Assembly: GCA_964187785.1 (NCBI GenBank)
Contig: OZ076421.1
Coordinates: 52,452,001-52,516,000, forward strand
Length of the DNA: 64,000 bases
Source of the DNA: Amphiscolops sp. MND2022
Taxonomy: Eukaryota
Direction of reading: 5' to 3'
The number at the start of each line of letters is the position of its first letter. The stretch's first letter is position 1. Positions 61,901 to 64,000 of the stretch are shown piece after piece. Made by a program: the position numbers and the translations under genes. The notes under the pieces were generated by a model. The model did no database searches and had not been told where the DNA came from. It saw nothing but the letters and a program-made list of their open reading frames with translations.

Positions 61901-62649
61901 CGTTGAGACTCGTTTCATTGACACTTTGGCACTTCAAGGCTTGTACTTTGTTTTGTTCTTAGCGGTCAACTGACTTTGCTACCATAAAAACCGCGAGAAT
62001 TTCTTTTTCACTTCATGTGATGTGAGAACTGACTTTGAGAAGTACAATTCGAAATTAGGGCCAACCTTTTGAAGTTGAGGTTTACTATTCTGGAGATACG
62101 CTTCGCTGTCTGAGATTTTTTTACCAGGTAAAGTGCTCGTTTTTTCATTTTGTGGTAGAAAGCGAGGATTTTTTAAGATGTTACATTGTTTTAAGAGCCC
62201 GTTTGTACAGTGAAAACTTGCCTAAACGTTTTTAAACGCTGGTAGCTAAAATAGTGTGAAATAAAAGTTAAAAGTGTGACTCAGGAGTAATACAAAGTCA
62301 GAAAGATATTGAGATAGACTGGTTCTCTTACATAAACATTCCTTGCGTTGAAAAGGAAAAACTTCAAAAAACTTTTTACAGAGCCGCAAGTTTTAGTCTG
62401 TCTGAAGAACCACCGCGTTTTGATAAATACACTTCTTAGTAGTGTAAGAAACCCTGATCCTGGCCAGTCGAATAGTTGAAGTGAGCATATTTTCAATGCA
62501 TGTCAGCAAATATTAGCCATTTTCTCAGCTGAAAATTTCTAACATTTTTCTCGGGCACGAAAAACAGCCAACATATTTTCATGGTGAATCTTTAAAATTC
62601 GGCATTTTCATTACTAAAAATTAATAATCATTTAAAAAATGAAAATAAT

Positions 62650-63010
62650 GAATGATCCATTTATCATTTAAGACTTTGTTGATATATGCGGATTAAAAGA
62701 TGAATCAATTCCTAGTGTGGATTTTGAAAAATCCTCAAGGATATAAGTCTTCCCGCTGGAATTTACATGAGAGATGATGCTTTACCACTAATAGTGGTAT
62801 AGTTAATTAACAACCCACAGAAGGAAACACTGGCTTATGTTTGTTGATGAGCTTTATTTTGCTTCAATTGGATGCCCATCTACAGTAAATGTAACAAATC
62901 AACATAATAGGGGTATTGATTCAGAACATCAAAGTCAGAAAAATTAATAGCTATTGTGCCTCCTATTGTTTATATATTTTATAACCCAAACAATCTATAT
63001 GCTTAAGAAA
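62650..63010 (+). mobile_element. Polinton/Maverick adenain-type cysteine protease remnant
   Basis: GIYMRD..SGIVN, HWLMFVDELYFASIGCP (HW..YFDSFG.P-like) and NSYCASYCLYI (catalytic Cys region), with frameshifts. Confidence 0.6.
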
Positions 63011-63339
63011 CGCAGTTTTAATTTATACTACGAAGTTTTATCAATAAATAAAGAAAAAAAACTGAAAATGATTCAGCTGAAATTAAAATCATATCTCCAA
63101 AGGAAGAGAAAATACAACTAAAGAAATACAACGGAAAAAAACAGAACGTAATAAAAGATAGAGCAGAGTTCTTTTATAAAATTGCCTCTAGTGCATTTAG
63201 AGTTTTCTAAAAGCAACTGAAATACTGTTCCATAAGCGTTTGAGCTTTCAAACTTTTGTAACTTACGATAAAACAAAATTCTTCTTGTGAATTTTGCACG
63301 ATCTATTTTGCTCGTAGTTCGAAATTACTCTTCCTCAAC

Positions 63340-64000
63340 CACAAAAAACTATCCAATTTAAAAGGAACAGACAAGAGGAATATTATTTATTCAATGTTCC
63401 CCTGGAGATGTCTGAACAATGGATGATGGGATTAACCAGTTTGGAAGTTTACAATACGGTTTTTTTCATAACACCCACCAACAACGAACTTAAAATTCTT
63501 CTGGAAAACTAACAACTCAAAGAACTAGACCTTGACACGCAATTAAAATTGAAACTAATGAATGTTGAATATTTGTATGTAACCTATGAATTAAAAGATG
63601 ATGAAGAGTATTATAAAGTTGTTGAAAAAGTTAATGAAGTTTTACGTATTTTTCTAAAAAACAAACTTAACAGAAAAAAATATGACCACTTAAGAAAAAA
63701 AAGTGAAGCTTTTAATCTACAACGAAACTGAATCTTCCATAACCAGTCCTTCCTTTGAAAGTGTAGATGACTTCTTTGAAATACAGTTAACACCAGGAGT
63801 TTATGACTTAGTTGACGTTAATAGAACTATAAAACAAAAAATCTTTGATTTTCAATTTGGAATTTATATTGAAGGCGATACGATATGAATGAAAACAAAT
63901 CTACCAACCCCAAACCCGATTCAATTTTAGTCCGGAACTCAATAAAGTCCTAGGATTGAAAAACACGAACTCAGAAGGTACTCATATTTCAGAGAAACCA
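63340..64000 (+). mobile_element. Polinton/Maverick minor capsid (penton-like) protein remnant
   Basis: EQWMMGLTSLEVYNTVF.ITPTNNE and EIQLTPGVYDLVDVN..GDTI.MKT..LG match the penton-like pattern as recalled; stops and frameshifts present. Confidence 0.6.

Noticed and set aside
1-64000. CRISPR arrays, rRNA genes, prokaryotic operons
   Set aside because: No repeat-spacer arrays or rRNA signatures; the context is eukaryotic.

Overview
Repeat-rich, AT-rich animal genomic DNA. The left half (4055-34615) holds two full-length ~15.3-kb Ty3/Gypsy LTR retrotransposons of one family, both on the minus strand and both now disabled. Element 2 (18705-34003, TSD ATGAT) is inserted in the 5' LTR of element 1 (4055-34615, TSD CCCTC). 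The main finding is their cargo between integrase and the 3' LTR. Each copy carries an antisense gene with five coding exons plus a probable 5' UTR exon, and its GT-AG junctions are conserved in frame in both diverged copies. The predicted ~1,090-aa product has an acidic/basic N-terminus, a C2H2/BED-like finger and what looks like a catalytically dead hAT transposase body. Each copy also has a small orphan sense ORF in the env position. The ~1.93-kb LTRs encode the first 118 codons of Gag, so Gag reads through the LTR end and the PBS. A related Gypsy family at 1-2285 shares this layout. The right half holds a probable host gene or pseudogene (NERD-like nuclease + SF1/Schlafen-like helicase, minus strand). 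Its exons are separated by a 21.8-kb intron full of decayed BEL/Pao, Gypsy and SINE sequence. Polinton/Maverick remnants (adenain protease, penton-like protein) lie at the right edge. All domain calls are from motif recognition by eye and all identity values are by-eye estimates; no searches were run.
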